Assembly (NCBI GenBank): GCA_963842525.1
Contig: CAWJGT010000001.1
Coordinates: 544,001-608,000 of the forward strand
Length of the DNA: 64,000 nt
Source of the DNA: an uncultured Holophagales bacterium
GTDB lineage: Bacteria > Acidobacteriota > Thermoanaerobaculia > Multivoradales > UBA5704
Direction: 5' to 3'
The position numbers and the translations under genes were made by a program. The notes under the pieces are model-generated. The model was given only the letters and a program-made list of their open reading frames with translations, was not told where the DNA came from and searched no databases. This document shows positions 47,841 through 57,759 of this stretch, one piece after another. Every line of letters starts with the position of its first letter. Position 1 is the stretch's first letter.

Positions 47841-50549
47841 TCAGGAGCCATTGAGTGGGTCGAGCAGGAGTTCGAGCAGATCCCGGCGGATTTTCCGCTG
47901 ACGGGCTGATGGGATCGAGTCTTCGTCGCAGGCGAGAAGCCATTGCAGTTTGGCGATCAACTGGGCTTCGGTGTTGGTGTCGTTAAGCTGGCGGACGGTC
48001 AGGAGCAGGTTCCAGGTGGAAATCGTGGTGTCGGGGTGCTCACTTCCCAGCACGCGCTCTAGGATTTCCAATGTCTGTTCTTGCAGCCTCCTGGCACCGT
48101 CGAGAGCGCCAAGAGCATAGAGGATTTCTGCCAGGATTCTCCTCGACATCAAGGTGTGGCGGTGCTCGCCCCCCAGCACGCGTTCTTGGATTTCCAACGT
48201 CTGCTCTTGCAGCTTCCTGGCACCGTCGAGATCACCGAGAGCATGGAGGATTTTTGCCAGGTTGTGCCTCGACACCAAGGTGTAGGGATGCTCGCCCCCC
48301 AGCACGCGCTCGTGGATTTCCACTGTCTGTCCTTGCAGCTTCCTGGCACCGTCGAGATCACCCATACCAAAGAGGTTCCTGGCTAGTCTGTTTCTCGAGA
48401 TCAAGGTGTAAGGGTGCTCGCTCCCCAATACGCGCTCGTGGATTTCTACTGTCTGCTCTTGCAGCTTCCTGGCACCGTCGAGATCGCCGAGAGCATCGAG
48501 GATATCGGCCAGGTTGTCCCTCGACGTCAAAGTGTCGAGATGCTCGCTCCCCAGCAAGCGCTCTTGGATTTCTAGTGTCTGCTCTTGCAGCTTCCTGGCA
48601 CCCTGGAGATCACCGAGAACATAGAGGCTTCTGGCTAGGTTGGCGCTCGCCACCAAGGTGTTGGAATGCTCGCTGCCCCAGTCCTCTAAGGACAGCGCCA
48701 AAGCCTCTTCGATATCAACCTTGGCGGCTCGGATGTTACCCAAATTGAATTGCGCAAAACCAATTAAGTTAAGAGCTTGGGATCGCTTCATAGGCTCATG
48801 ACATACTAGCTTCCAGGCGGCCAAGGCATCTGTCAGTGACTCAGAGTATCGTCCAACAGCTATTAGCAAACTTGCGCGCAGCAGGTGGAAATCGGCGAGT
48901 CGATCAAACGGCAGCACGGATAAGTCGTTCTCGCCCACACCGATCGTCGCCTGTGCGTAGGCCTCAAGTACTGCCAGCCGTCGAAAAGCTGGCCATGCCA
49001 CTGAGTCGTTGGCCACGCGCCACACCAGCTCAGGATCGATCTCCTCGCACTCAATTTCGGCGCGAACCTCGGCTTGCAGAGCATCGGCTGCCTCCAAGCT
49101 GATCCACCAAGCCAGCGAGCGTTCGTAGGGCTCGCGCTCCCGGTCGCCTAGGTGGTCGGCGATCGAGAGAAAACAACGCGCCCAGCCCCTCTTGGTCATA
49201 GGCACCCTCTGCTCCAAGAACCGCAGCAAGGTTGCGGCTCGCATTTCTCGGTCCATCTCCGACTCCTGGTCCAGGACCACCCGCGGCAGCAGCGGATGCG
49301 TGAAGGCGTAGGCGTTGTATCCGTGGAACCCGGCGATGTGGAAACCCAGGTCGGTCAGCCAGCCGAGCTCGCCTACCAGCACGTCGTCCACCCAATCGAT
49401 CGCCGCTTCGGCCGTGGGCTCGTCGAGGTCCAGGTGCTCGATCAACGCTGCCATGGGTATGTAACGACCGCAGAGCGCAGCGAGAGATAGGAACTCGCGG
49501 AGCACACGGGCCAGCTCCGGCTCCTCCTCAGCCAACGTGGCCAGGGATTTGTCTACCTCCTCGAAAAGGCCGCGGGAGAAAGAGTGGACGAGTCTGGGAT
49601 CCTTTAAACCAGCCGGTGGTAATCGCCACGTTTCACCCTCAGAAAGCAGGATCTCGGCCTCCATCAGATCTGCTAATCGGTTCGTGATCGCTGCAGGCCG
49701 TCCGTGACAGCAGTTCATCAGCGCCGACACCAGATCGTCGGGAAACTCGTTTGGCTCAAAGCGCCGATTGAGCAGATCCCGCAGCTCGGCTTTTTCGAGG
49801 GGTAGCACGTCGAAGCGTTCGAGCGCGGAGCGGGCCTCGGGTGCGGCTCGCTCTGTGGCCTGGTCCAGCGGGCAGGAGAGCACCAGCAGCAGGCGGTCAG
49901 GGGCCCGTTCCGCCTCGCGTATCAGCCAGCGGCGCAAGTTGCTGGTCAGTTGCGGGCTATCGGTCACGTGTACCAGCAGCTTGCGGTCCCGGGTGAGCTC
50001 GTCAAGAAAGCGGTGCAATGTATCGGGGTCGTCGCGCGGCGGCGCACTGTTACCGCGAGTGGGCTGGCTCAGTACGTCGGCGAAGCGCTTCAAAGGATCT
50101 TCGAACTGCCAGAGTAGGGAGAGGAGCGAGGCCGCTACCACGGACGCTTGGCCGATCAGATCGAGCTTGCTCAGCGTCTTCGCCGCAGACTTCACCGCTC
50201 CCTTGACCTTGTCCCGCGCCGCCTCCCGCTGGCGTTCCTCCTGGTCGATCAGGTGGCGGAGGTATTCGGTGAGTGGGTTCTGAATATCGGGCTCAAAGCC
50301 GTCGAGATCGAGGTGCCAAACGGCCACCTTGCGCCGCTGGTCGCGCGCTCGCTGGGCGGCGGCATCGCAGAGGAAGCCGCGGCCGATTCCCGGCTCTCCC
50401 CCGAGCACGACGACTGCCGGGGAGCTGTCGTCCAGCAACAGTTCCATCAGAGCATCGATGTGCTCGTCCCGTTGGAAGTTGAACCGGCCATAGAGGGATT
50501 CCGGCCACTCGAACCAGAGCTTACGGAGATCCTTCGCCCGCGGGATCAT
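47841..50549 (-). CDS. STAND-like NTPase (degenerate Walker A) with kinesin-light-chain-type TPR repeats
   Basis: GEPGIGRG; CHGRP; 42-aa repeats LGSEHPxTL..GDLDGARKLQEQ (126-bp DNA repeats, ~48030-48670). Confidence 0.8.
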   Translation of the reverse strand: MIPRAKDLRKLWFEWPESLYGRFNFQRDEHIDALMELLLDDSSPAVVVLGGEPGIGRGFLCDAAAQRARDQRRKVAVWHLDLDGFEPDIQNPLTEYLRHLIDQEERQREAARDKVKGAVKSAAKTLSKLDLIGQASVVAASLLSLLWQFEDPLKRFADVLSQPTRGNSAPPRDDPDTLHRFLDELTRDRKLLVHVTDSPQLTSNLRRWLIREAERAPDRLLLVLSCPLDQATERAAPEARSALERFDVLPLEKAELRDLLNRRFEPNEFPDDLVSALMNCCHGRPAAITNRLADLMEAEILLSEGETWRLPPAGLKDPRLVHSFSRGLFEEVDKSLATLAEEEPELARVLREFLSLAALCGRYIPMAALIEHLDLDEPTAEAAIDWVDDVLVGELGWLTDLGFHIAGFHGYNAYAFTHPLLPRVVLDQESEMDREMRAATLLRFLEQRVPMTKRGWARCFLSIADHLGDREREPYERSLAWWISLEAADALQAEVRAEIECEEIDPELVWRVANDSVAWPAFRRLAVLEAYAQATIGVGENDLSVLPFDRLADFHLLRASLLIAVGRYSESLTDALAAWKLVCHEPMKRSQALNLIGFAQFNLGNIRAAKVDIEEALALSLEDWGSEHSNTLVASANLARSLYVLGDLQGARKLQEQTLEIQERLLGSEHLDTLTSRDNLADILDALGDLDGARKLQEQTVEIHERVLGSEHPYTLISRNRLARNLFGMGDLDGARKLQGQTVEIHERVLGGEHPYTLVSRHNLAKILHALGDLDGARKLQEQTLEIQERVLGGEHRHTLMSRRILAEILYALGALDGARRLQEQTLEILERVLGSEHPDTTISTWNLLLTVRQLNDTNTEAQLIAKLQWLLACDEDSIPSARQRKIRRDLLELLLDPLNGS

Positions 50550-51060
50550 GCCAGCCCTCCAGTGGAGACTGAATCTGAAGATGCCGGGATGATTATAGAG
50601 CGCGGCAAGGACTCGCAGGACGCAGTGCCCAAAAACGTGGTTCTGAGCACCGCTGTTTCCGGCCGGCCGGCGTCGCGGAAATGCCTGTGCGGCTTGGGTT
50701 TGGCCGTGGTCATCCGTCTTTCAGACCCCCTCTCCTCCCGCCGCAGCTCCGAAAACGAAACCAGTTCCGTTTTTTCCACAGGGTAAAAGGCCCGCCGGGA
50801 CTGCGTTTCCGCGACTTTGACTGGTCAAAAAAGGCGGTTCTAACCGGCGCAGAAAGGCAACCGCAGGAAGGTGGTTTGGACGGACCCGCCGGGCGGCGGT
50901 TGGGGGACGCCGCGGCAGGCGCGGACGAGCGTGTGCTGGGGCAGCGCGTTGGACCTGGAGTGCGTGGGGTTAGAGTGAGTCACTCACCACTGAAGCCACT
51001 CCGTATCGCAGACGGCACACCCGCTGTGTTGAGTCGCGCTGTGATAGCAGCGCCCCAGGG

Positions 51061-51103
51061 GGAAGGCAGAGGAAGCCCCGCGAGCGGCTTCCTCCTGCCT
51101 TCC
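51061..51103. terminator. Strong hairpin downstream of the small peptide gene
   Basis: GGAAGGCAGAGGAAGCC ... GGCTTCCTCCTGCCTTCC. Confidence 0.55.
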
Positions 51104-51121
51104 GGAAGAGCGTGGTTCTGC

Positions 51122-51334
51122 CTACTGCATCTCCGTTTCGGACTCTTTGCACCTGTCACCGAGTGCCAAGCACGTGCACGAACCATCGTCGTAGGTGCAC
51201 TTGAACGTACCTGGCCCGCATGTACACGAGCTAGCTATGACCCCCGGTGGCTGACCAAAGAGAGGCACCGCGGCCACGATCGCCCAGGTCACGGCAAGGA
51301 GTCCGAAGATCCTTAGAATCGCTTGTCTCTTCAT
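51122..51334 (-). CDS. Small secreted six-cysteine peptide
   Basis: AAGGAGG RBS; signal peptide; CTCGPGTFKCTYDDGSCTCLALGDRC. Confidence 0.75.
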   Translation of the reverse strand: MKRQAILRIFGLLAVTWAIVAAVPLFGQPPGVIASSCTCGPGTFKCTYDDGSCTCLALGDRCKESETEMQ

Positions 51335-51644
51335 TTTCGACCCTCCTTTCTGGGTTTAGTTGTGCTCCTACTAGTAGAGGTGCCCACGTTATGGGTAGCG
51401 TGACAAGAACCGGGCCGCCGGGGGCGGGGGCCGAGGCCCCTGGCAGGGGCCGGAGGGGGATGGGCGGGGCGGGGTGGTCGAATGAACCCGGCAGGTTGGC
51501 GGAGCGCTTCGAAGGCATGGCTCCATCCGGCCAGCGGAGCCAATCTGCCGGACCTTGCTGCGGGGGGAGCGGGTCGCGCACTGTGCTTCCACGAAACCTT
51601 GGGAACGCGCTGTCTTTGGGAGGCCCGGGTTGTTGCCCGCCCCT

Positions 51645-51741
51645 GGTTAACATAGTGCGAGCGCATTATGTTAAGGCGAAGCCCGTAGGCGGGGAGTGGC
51701 GCAGGGCGAGGTTCGGATAAAGCGCTTTATTTATCGGAACC
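51645..51741. other. Two 11-10-11 inverted-repeat sites resembling Xer-type recombinase cores
   Basis: GGTTAACATAG-N10-TTATGTTAAGG (51645-51676) and GGTTCGGATAA-N10-TTATCGGAACC (51710-51741). Confidence 0.6.
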
Positions 51742-51859
51742 TCGCCCGTGTGGGAGGGGGAGCCGCCCCCGCCGGAGCCAGGGGCGGGCAGCTCCCGGGC
51801 CGAGGGTGGGGGAAGCTCCGGAACGCCACTGCACGGTGCGGGACCCGCGGGCGGGGGAG

Positions 51860-52825
51860 ATCAAAATGGGGCGGGCGGACGGAGATTGGGTGGGCGCGCC
51901 AGAGGACCGGAGGCAGGCTTTTCACGGCCGTAGGCTCTGGGGCGGCCACCCGGCCTTATTTCATACACCGCTGCCATCACCACGTCAGGATGGACCTCGA
52001 GCGGGTGGGAGCAGGTTGCGGAGCGCCCCGCGCGGAGTCAAGCTGCGGGGCGGAAAGCTGCGGGGACCACGATGGCTCTACCGCCGATGGAGCGAGTACG
52101 TCCCCGCACGGAGCTGCATCGGCGGGGCACGGCGGCTCGCAAGCCCTCCCCATCAAATGGGTGGGCGGGTGTGGAATTGGGGTGTGCGTCCTGGAGGACC
52201 GGAGGCCGGCTGCTCACGGCCGCAGGCTCCAGGACGGACACCCCGGCCTCGCAGGATGGAGGCACCGACTGCGAAGAGGCTGAGCGCAGAGAGGGTGGGA
52301 GCAGTTCGGCGAGCAGCTTGCGCGGAGCCGATCTGCGGGGCGGAAAGCTGGGAGTCCACGATGGCCCTACCGCCGATGGAGCGAGTACGCCCCCGCACGG
52401 AGCTGCATCGGCGGGGCACGGCGGCTCGCAGGCCCTCTCCATCAAATGGGTGGGCGGGCGTGGAATTGGGGTGTTCGTCCTGGAGGACCGGAGGCCGGCT
52501 GTTCACGGCCGCAGGCTCCAGGACGGACACCCCGGCCTTGCAGGATGGAGGCACCGACGGCGAAGAGGCTGAACGGAGAGAGGGCGGGAGCAGTTCGGCG
52601 AGCAGCTTGCGCGGAGCCGATCTGCGGGGCGGAAAGCTGGGAGTCCACGATGGCCCTACCGCCGATGGAGCGAGTACGTCCCCGCACGGAGCTGCATCGG
52701 CGGGGCACGGCGGCTCGCAGGCCTTCCCCATCAAATGGGCGGGCGGGTGTGGAATTGGGTGGGCGCGCCGAAGGACCGGAGGCAGGCTTTTCCCGGCCGC
52801 AGGCTTCGGGGCGGCCACCCGGCCT
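51860..52825 (+). repeat. ~290-bp tandem repeat, about 3.3 copies
   Basis: TGCGGGGCGGAAAGCTG at 52044, 52334, 52623; the 51860-51955 segment recurs at 52730-52825. Confidence 0.9.
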
Positions 52826-52865
52826 TTTCAAAAGACGGTCGCCGTCCCCGCCTGGCGATGGAGCT

Positions 52866-53171
52866 CGCTCGGGTGGTCGGCGGGGCGCTGCCGTCCTCGC
52901 CCGGCTGCTGGCGCGCGGGGTGGTGGCGTGTGCGTCAGCGAGCTGGTGGGGGTGCGCCTTTCACGGGAGTCTCCGGGGACGCGGGTGGGTGGCGGGGACG
53001 TTGCCGTCGCTGCGGACGGATCGATCTCGCGCGGGTGGTCGGCGGGGCGCTGCCGTCCCCACCCGGCTGCATGGCGCGCGGGGTGGTGTGGCGATTGTGT
53101 CAACGGCCAGGTGGGGGCGCGCCTTCGACGGTGCTCCGGGGCCGCGGGTGGGTGGCGGGGACGTTGCCGTC
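52866..53171 (+). repeat. ~160-bp imperfect tandem duplication
   Basis: GGGTGGTCGGCGGGGCGCTGCCGTCC...GGGTGGGTGGCGGGGACGTTGCCGTC occurs twice. Confidence 0.8.
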
Positions 53172-53256
53172 CCTGCGGGAGCTGGCCGCCGAGAGGGTGG
53201 ATGGTTGGGGAGTCGTCCGCCCCCCCAACGCCTGAGCACAGAACGTGGACGGCCCG

Positions 53257-53290
53257 GCCCCCGCGGGCGGGGGGCTTCTTCTTTTTCTTT
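53257..53290 (+). terminator. Putative intrinsic terminator
   Basis: GCCCCC..GGGGGC stem followed by TTCTTCTTTTTCTTT. Confidence 0.5.
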
Positions 53291-53894
53291 CCTGCCCCTT
53301 ATCGGCCCGCTCGCCGGGGCTGTGCGTAGATGTGGGAATCCCGGCGAGGTGGTGGCCGGTGGGCCGGGATTTCCAACGGGTGTGGGAAGGTCCGGGGGTG
53401 GAAGGGCGGCGGCCCGGAGCTTTCCATACCCGGTCAGCTTCCACAGCCCGGGAGGGGGAAAGCCGCCGTCCCCACGATGGATGGACCTCGAGAGGATGGG
53501 GCGGATGGTCGCCGTCCCCACGGAGGGCGGAGCTTCGCGCGGGGGCGATTGCGGCCAGCAGGCCGGGGGAAGCTGGCCGTCCCCCCGATCGGTGGGGCTT
53601 GAGAGGGTGGGCGGCAGGGTAGGCGTCTCGCAGATGTATAGATATTTTGCTATGCAAATTCTATCTGCTGCGCGCGCCCCTCACAAGGTCGCCCAGGCCG
53701 CGTCCAGGCCTGCGTAGTCGCGGCCGGACGTGCGTGCAGACTTGCGTGCGGACCTGCGCGAGCCGCGTGCAGGCCTGCGTGCGGCTTGCGCGGGCCGAAT
53801 CCTGCGGCCCCCACCCCCCTCCCTCCCCTTCGGATATGCTCTCTCGCGGATGGCGGATCTCGATGGAGGAACGAAACTCAGGTGCTTCAGCCCC

Positions 53895-53991
53895 CTACTC
53901 CACTGCTGCGCCGGCTACCTGCCCCCACGCATGGACGTCCCGCAGCCAGGCGAGGAGTGGGTTCCAACTCTCGCGGAGTTGGTCCACCAAA
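53895..53991 (-). other. attR, including the detached integrase C-terminal coding segment (LVDQLRESWNPLLAWLRDVHAWGQVAGAAVE*)
   Basis: Core TCCACCAAA at 53983-53991 is read in the same frame as the integrase; stop at 53895-53897. Confidence 0.8.
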
Positions 53992-54169
53992 TCACCTTCC
54001 CGGTCTTTTCTTGACCTGACAAACTGAAATTCTCGGCGCTGCTCGCCGTCTGGCCGCCGGCCTTTGCCATGGAGCCGGGCCTCTTCGTTTGGTGGAACGA
54101 TCTCACCAGCCGCTGGTGGGAGCTCCTGCTGGCTCTCCTGGGTCTCGCCCCGGCCGGAGGTCCAGGCGC

Positions 54170-54813
54170 ATCTGCGCTTCCTGGCCGGCGCCGTCCTCGC
54201 GGTGGCGCTCCTGGTCCCCGCGAGCCTCGCCGTCACCGGAGGGCAGGACGCGTACCGGGCGTTCCTCGCCAATACCCGCAAGCACCAGGCGACGCCGTTG
54301 ACCAATCACATGGGGCTGCGTACGGTGGCGGCCTGGCGGCCCACCGAGGTCGGGCGGCGCCTGGTCGACGAGACCGCCGCCGATCCCTGGCTGCGTTGGA
54401 AGGAGGCGCGGTTGGCGGCGTGGCGGCAAGTGCGGCCCCTCTCGGCGCTCCTCGCCGGTACAGCTCTCGTCCTACTCGGCCGGGCGGCGCGCCGCCGGCC
54501 GGAGCCCTGGGTCGCGGCAGCGCTCGCAGCGCTCTGGATCGCTTTCGCGGTCGAGCTCACCTCGTACTACTACGCGTTCGTTCTGGTGCCGGCGCTCCTG
54601 TGGGTGGAGAAGCGGTCGGCCGGCATCGCTCTCCTCGCGCTGGCGGCCTTCTCGCAGCTCGTCTCGCTCGGTCCCCTTCTGAGGATGCCGGGGATGCCGG
54701 CCTGGCTGGACGAGCAATACACGCTGATCTCCCTCGCGACGATCCTGGTGTTTGCGGGGATTCTCGTCGCCTTCGGGACCCCTTCCCTGAAGCCGAAAGG
54801 GCGTCTTCCTTGA
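54170..54813 (+). pseudogene. C-terminal part of a polytopic membrane protein, apparently 5'-truncated
   Basis: Several TM helices, TPLTNHMGLRT, ELTSYYY; no convincing start or RBS. Confidence 0.5.
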
Positions 54814-54967
54814 AACGCCTCCTGCCATTGGCTACACTCCCGTGTGGATTGAGCGGCGAAGTGGGTTGTCCGACCGGAGCTGCGGCCCAGGCCTTGCCAT
54901 GGCTCCACGGGTCTCGTTCTCCTCTCGGGAGCCGGGCCGCTCGATGGAGTCATGTCGGGAGAGTGTC

Positions 54968-55345
54968 TTGCAGCCCAGGAAAGTGCTCGTCGTCGACGAC
55001 TCGAAGCTGATGCAGAAAATGTACGAGGTGATGCTGCGGCAGTATCCGCTGGTGTACGCGTCGGACGGCCTCCAGGCGCTCGACCGTCTCCGCGAGCACG
55101 CGGACATCGACCTCGTGCTGCTCGACATCAACATGCCGAACATGAACGGCTTCGAGCTGCTCTCCAGGCTGCGCTCCGACGGGGTGCACGACGACCTGGC
55201 GGTGATCATCATCAGCACCGAGGGGCGGGACGAGGACGCCGAACGGGGTCTCCAGGCGGGAGCGGCAGCGTACATCAGGAAGCCGTTCCACAGCGAGGAC
55301 ATCCTGGAGAAGATTTCGCAGATCCAGAAGGGTGCCGAAGCTTGA
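54968..55345 (+). CDS. Single-domain response regulator (CheY-like)
   Basis: VLVVDDS, LLDINMPNMNG, YIRKPF. Confidence 0.92.
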   Translation: MQPRKVLVVDDSKLMQKMYEVMLRQYPLVYASDGLQALDRLREHADIDLVLLDINMPNMNGFELLSRLRSDGVHDDLAVIIISTEGRDEDAERGLQAGAAAYIRKPFHSEDILEKISQIQKGAEA

Positions 55346-56124
55346 GCGACCGGAGCGTCAAGGAAGCCAACCCGCGGGTCCAGCCCGCCCCCGTCCCCGG
55401 CCTGGAGCTGGTGGCCGAGCTGCGTTCGACCCTGGAGCGCGTCGGCGAGCTGGCGCGCATCGTCGAGCTCAACCTCCGCGAGGCCACCCAGCACGACGAG
55501 CCGTCGTCGTCCGACGAGCGGGCCCAGGAGCTCGAGCGGCGGCTAGCCACGGCGGAGTCGGACGTCAAGGAGCTGGCCTCCCGCCTGGTCGACTCCGAGC
55601 ACCAGAGCGGCCGGCTGATGAACCTCTATGTGGCCACCTACCAGCTCCACGCCACCCTCGACCCGGCGGAGGTGCAGGCGACGATCGCCGAGATCGCCAT
55701 CAACCTGCTGGGGGCCGAGCAGTTCGTCCTGCTGCTGCGCAAGGACGACGCCGACGACTACGAGATCGCCCTCCTCGAAGGGATGTACGACGGGGTCAAG
55801 CCGCCCTACGACGGCGAGTCCTACAGCGCCGGCGACCCCATGGTCGACGCCACCTTGAAGGACGGCGTGCTGCGCCTGGGCCCCACGCCCGAGTCGCCGG
55901 TTCTGGCCGCGGTGCCGCTGCGCGTGCAGAACGACATCGTGGGAGCGCTGGTGGTGCTCAAGCTGCTGGAGCACAAGCCGGTGCTGCGGGCCGAGGACCG
56001 CGACCTGTTGGACCTGCTGTCCGCCCATGCCGCCTCCGCGCTGTTCGCCGCGCGGCTCTTCGCCACCAAGGACCGCAAGCTCCGCACCCTGGAGAGCCTG
56101 GTCAAGCTGGCCCGCGGGGAGTGA
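55342..56124 (+). CDS. Coiled-coil + GAF domain protein
   Basis: NLYVATYQLHATLD, LAAVPLRV..VGALVV..EDRDLL. Confidence 0.85.
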   Translation: MSDRSVKEANPRVQPAPVPGLELVAELRSTLERVGELARIVELNLREATQHDEPSSSDERAQELERRLATAESDVKELASRLVDSEHQSGRLMNLYVATYQLHATLDPAEVQATIAEIAINLLGAEQFVLLLRKDDADDYEIALLEGMYDGVKPPYDGESYSAGDPMVDATLKDGVLRLGPTPESPVLAAVPLRVQNDIVGALVVLKLLEHKPVLRAEDRDLLDLLSAHAASALFAARLFATKDRKLRTLESLVKLARGE

Positions 56125-56172
56125 TCCCTCGGATCGATCCACCTCCGTTGCCGTCCTGAAGCGAGCCGCACG

Positions 56173-57759
56173 ATGGGTATCTCGGGAAGCCTCAAAGACG
56201 TCTCCGTCGCCGATGTGATGCAGTTCATCCATCTCGGCCGGCGGACCGGCACCCTGCTGCTCCACCGTGGCGCGCAGCGGGCGATGATCGGCTTCCACTA
56301 CGGCCGGCTGGTCAGCGCCCAGGCGCCCAGGACGCCCAAGCTGGGAGACCTCCTGGTCTCGTCGGGCATGATCGACCGCGGCATCCTCGACAAGGCCATC
56401 CAGACGCAGAAGGACTCGATCGAGCACCGCTCGCTCGGGCAGATCCTCGTCTCCTCGGGCTCGATCGAAGCCGAAGGGCTGCGCAAGGTGATCGGCCAGC
56501 AGATCGAGCAGGCCGTCTCCGAGGTCATGGTCTGGGACAACGGCACCTTCGAGTTCGCCATCGACGACCTGCGGCCGATCGACGACATCGCCCTCTATCC
56601 CAGCGACGTCCTGCCCGACGCCGACATCAACACGCAGATGGTGCTGCTGGAGGCGGCGCGCATTTTCGACGAGCGCAACCGCGACCGTGCGGAGGGCGTG
56701 GTGCCCGAGGACACCTGGCCGCGCGGCGGCTACGAGGCCGGGGACGCCACCAACCCGACCATGGTCATGAGCCCGTCGGTACGGGCGGCGACTTCCGGGG
56801 CCTCCGCGGTGGCCGAGCCGGAGGACGAGGTCGAGCGCCAGGGGCCGAAACACGCCGCGGAGCTGCTGCGCCTGCACGTGGTCTCGCCCGACCAGCCGTT
56901 CGTCCAGGCCCTGGCCGACGCCCTGCAGCACGAGCTGGCGGCGGTCGAGCTCAAGGGGCTCGGCCAGGCGGGCAAGACCGAGCTCCACGAGGTGCCGCCG
57001 ATCGTCCTGCTCGACCTGCGCGGCGAGGAGGTGACCCTGGAGCAGGCCGCTTCCCTCCACCGCGCCCGGCCGCGCGCCTCCCTGATCGCCCTGGTCGAAC
57101 CGGGCACCTCGTTCGTGCGGGTCTACGAGGCCGGCGTGCTCGCCGCGATTCCCGCCGAGGTCGAAGCGGTGGTCGCCTGTGTCGAGAACGTCATCGAGAG
57201 CCGGCGCGACCTGGTCCGCGGCCTGCCGCGCGAGGCGTCGCGGCCGGGGATCGAGCGGCTGCGGCGCGTCTACGGCGACCTCCGTTCGGGCCTGATCTCG
57301 GCCACCGTGGCGCTCAACCTGATGCACATCATTTCGGAGTCGGTGGAGCGGGCCGTGCTGTTCCTGGTCAAGCGGGACCACCTGACGGCGCTCGGCGCCT
57401 TCGGCGTCGACGTGCGCGGCCGGCCGCTGGCGGAGTCGACCCGCGCCCTCAAGCTGGACATGACCGGGGACAGCGCGCTCATGCGCAGCCTCGAGAGCGG
57501 CGAGGTCCAGTCGGTCGAGTTCGACGAGGCGGGCCTCCCCGACGCCCTGCGCACCATCCTGGGCCGCCCGCGCACCGGCCAGATCGTGGTCTTCCCGGTG
57601 CTCGGCGCGCAGCGCGTGATCTCGATCATCTACACCGACAACGGCGACCGCGACGAGCCGATCGAGGACATCGACATCCTCGAGCTCGCCACGGCCCAGG
57701 TCGGCATGGCCTTCGAAAACGAGCTGCTGCGCCGGCAGATCTCGCAAGGCCGGGATTAG
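56173..57759 (+). CDS. DUF4388 + GspE/MshE-N-like + degenerate receiver + GAF protein
   Basis: GSLKDVSVADVMQFIHLGRRTGTL; KLGDLLV..LGQILV; C-terminal GAF. Confidence 0.85.
   Translation: MGISGSLKDVSVADVMQFIHLGRRTGTLLLHRGAQRAMIGFHYGRLVSAQAPRTPKLGDLLVSSGMIDRGILDKAIQTQKDSIEHRSLGQILVSSGSIEAEGLRKVIGQQIEQAVSEVMVWDNGTFEFAIDDLRPIDDIALYPSDVLPDADINTQMVLLEAARIFDERNRDRAEGVVPEDTWPRGGYEAGDATNPTMVMSPSVRAATSGASAVAEPEDEVERQGPKHAAELLRLHVVSPDQPFVQALADALQHELAAVELKGLGQAGKTELHEVPPIVLLDLRGEEVTLEQAASLHRARPRASLIALVEPGTSFVRVYEAGVLAAIPAEVEAVVACVENVIESRRDLVRGLPREASRPGIERLRRVYGDLRSGLISATVALNLMHIISESVERAVLFLVKRDHLTALGAFGVDVRGRPLAESTRALKLDMTGDSALMRSLESGEVQSVEFDEAGLPDALRTILGRPRTGQIVVFPVLGAQRVISIIYTDNGDRDEPIEDIDILELATAQVGMAFENELLRRQISQGRD

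Noticed and set aside
51645-51676. Chromosomal dif site
   Set aside because: Spacer is 10 bp, both arms are XerD-like, and the site lies inside a prophage
51860-53171. CRISPR array
   Set aside because: Units are 160-290 bp, contiguous, without unique spacers, and there are no cas genes
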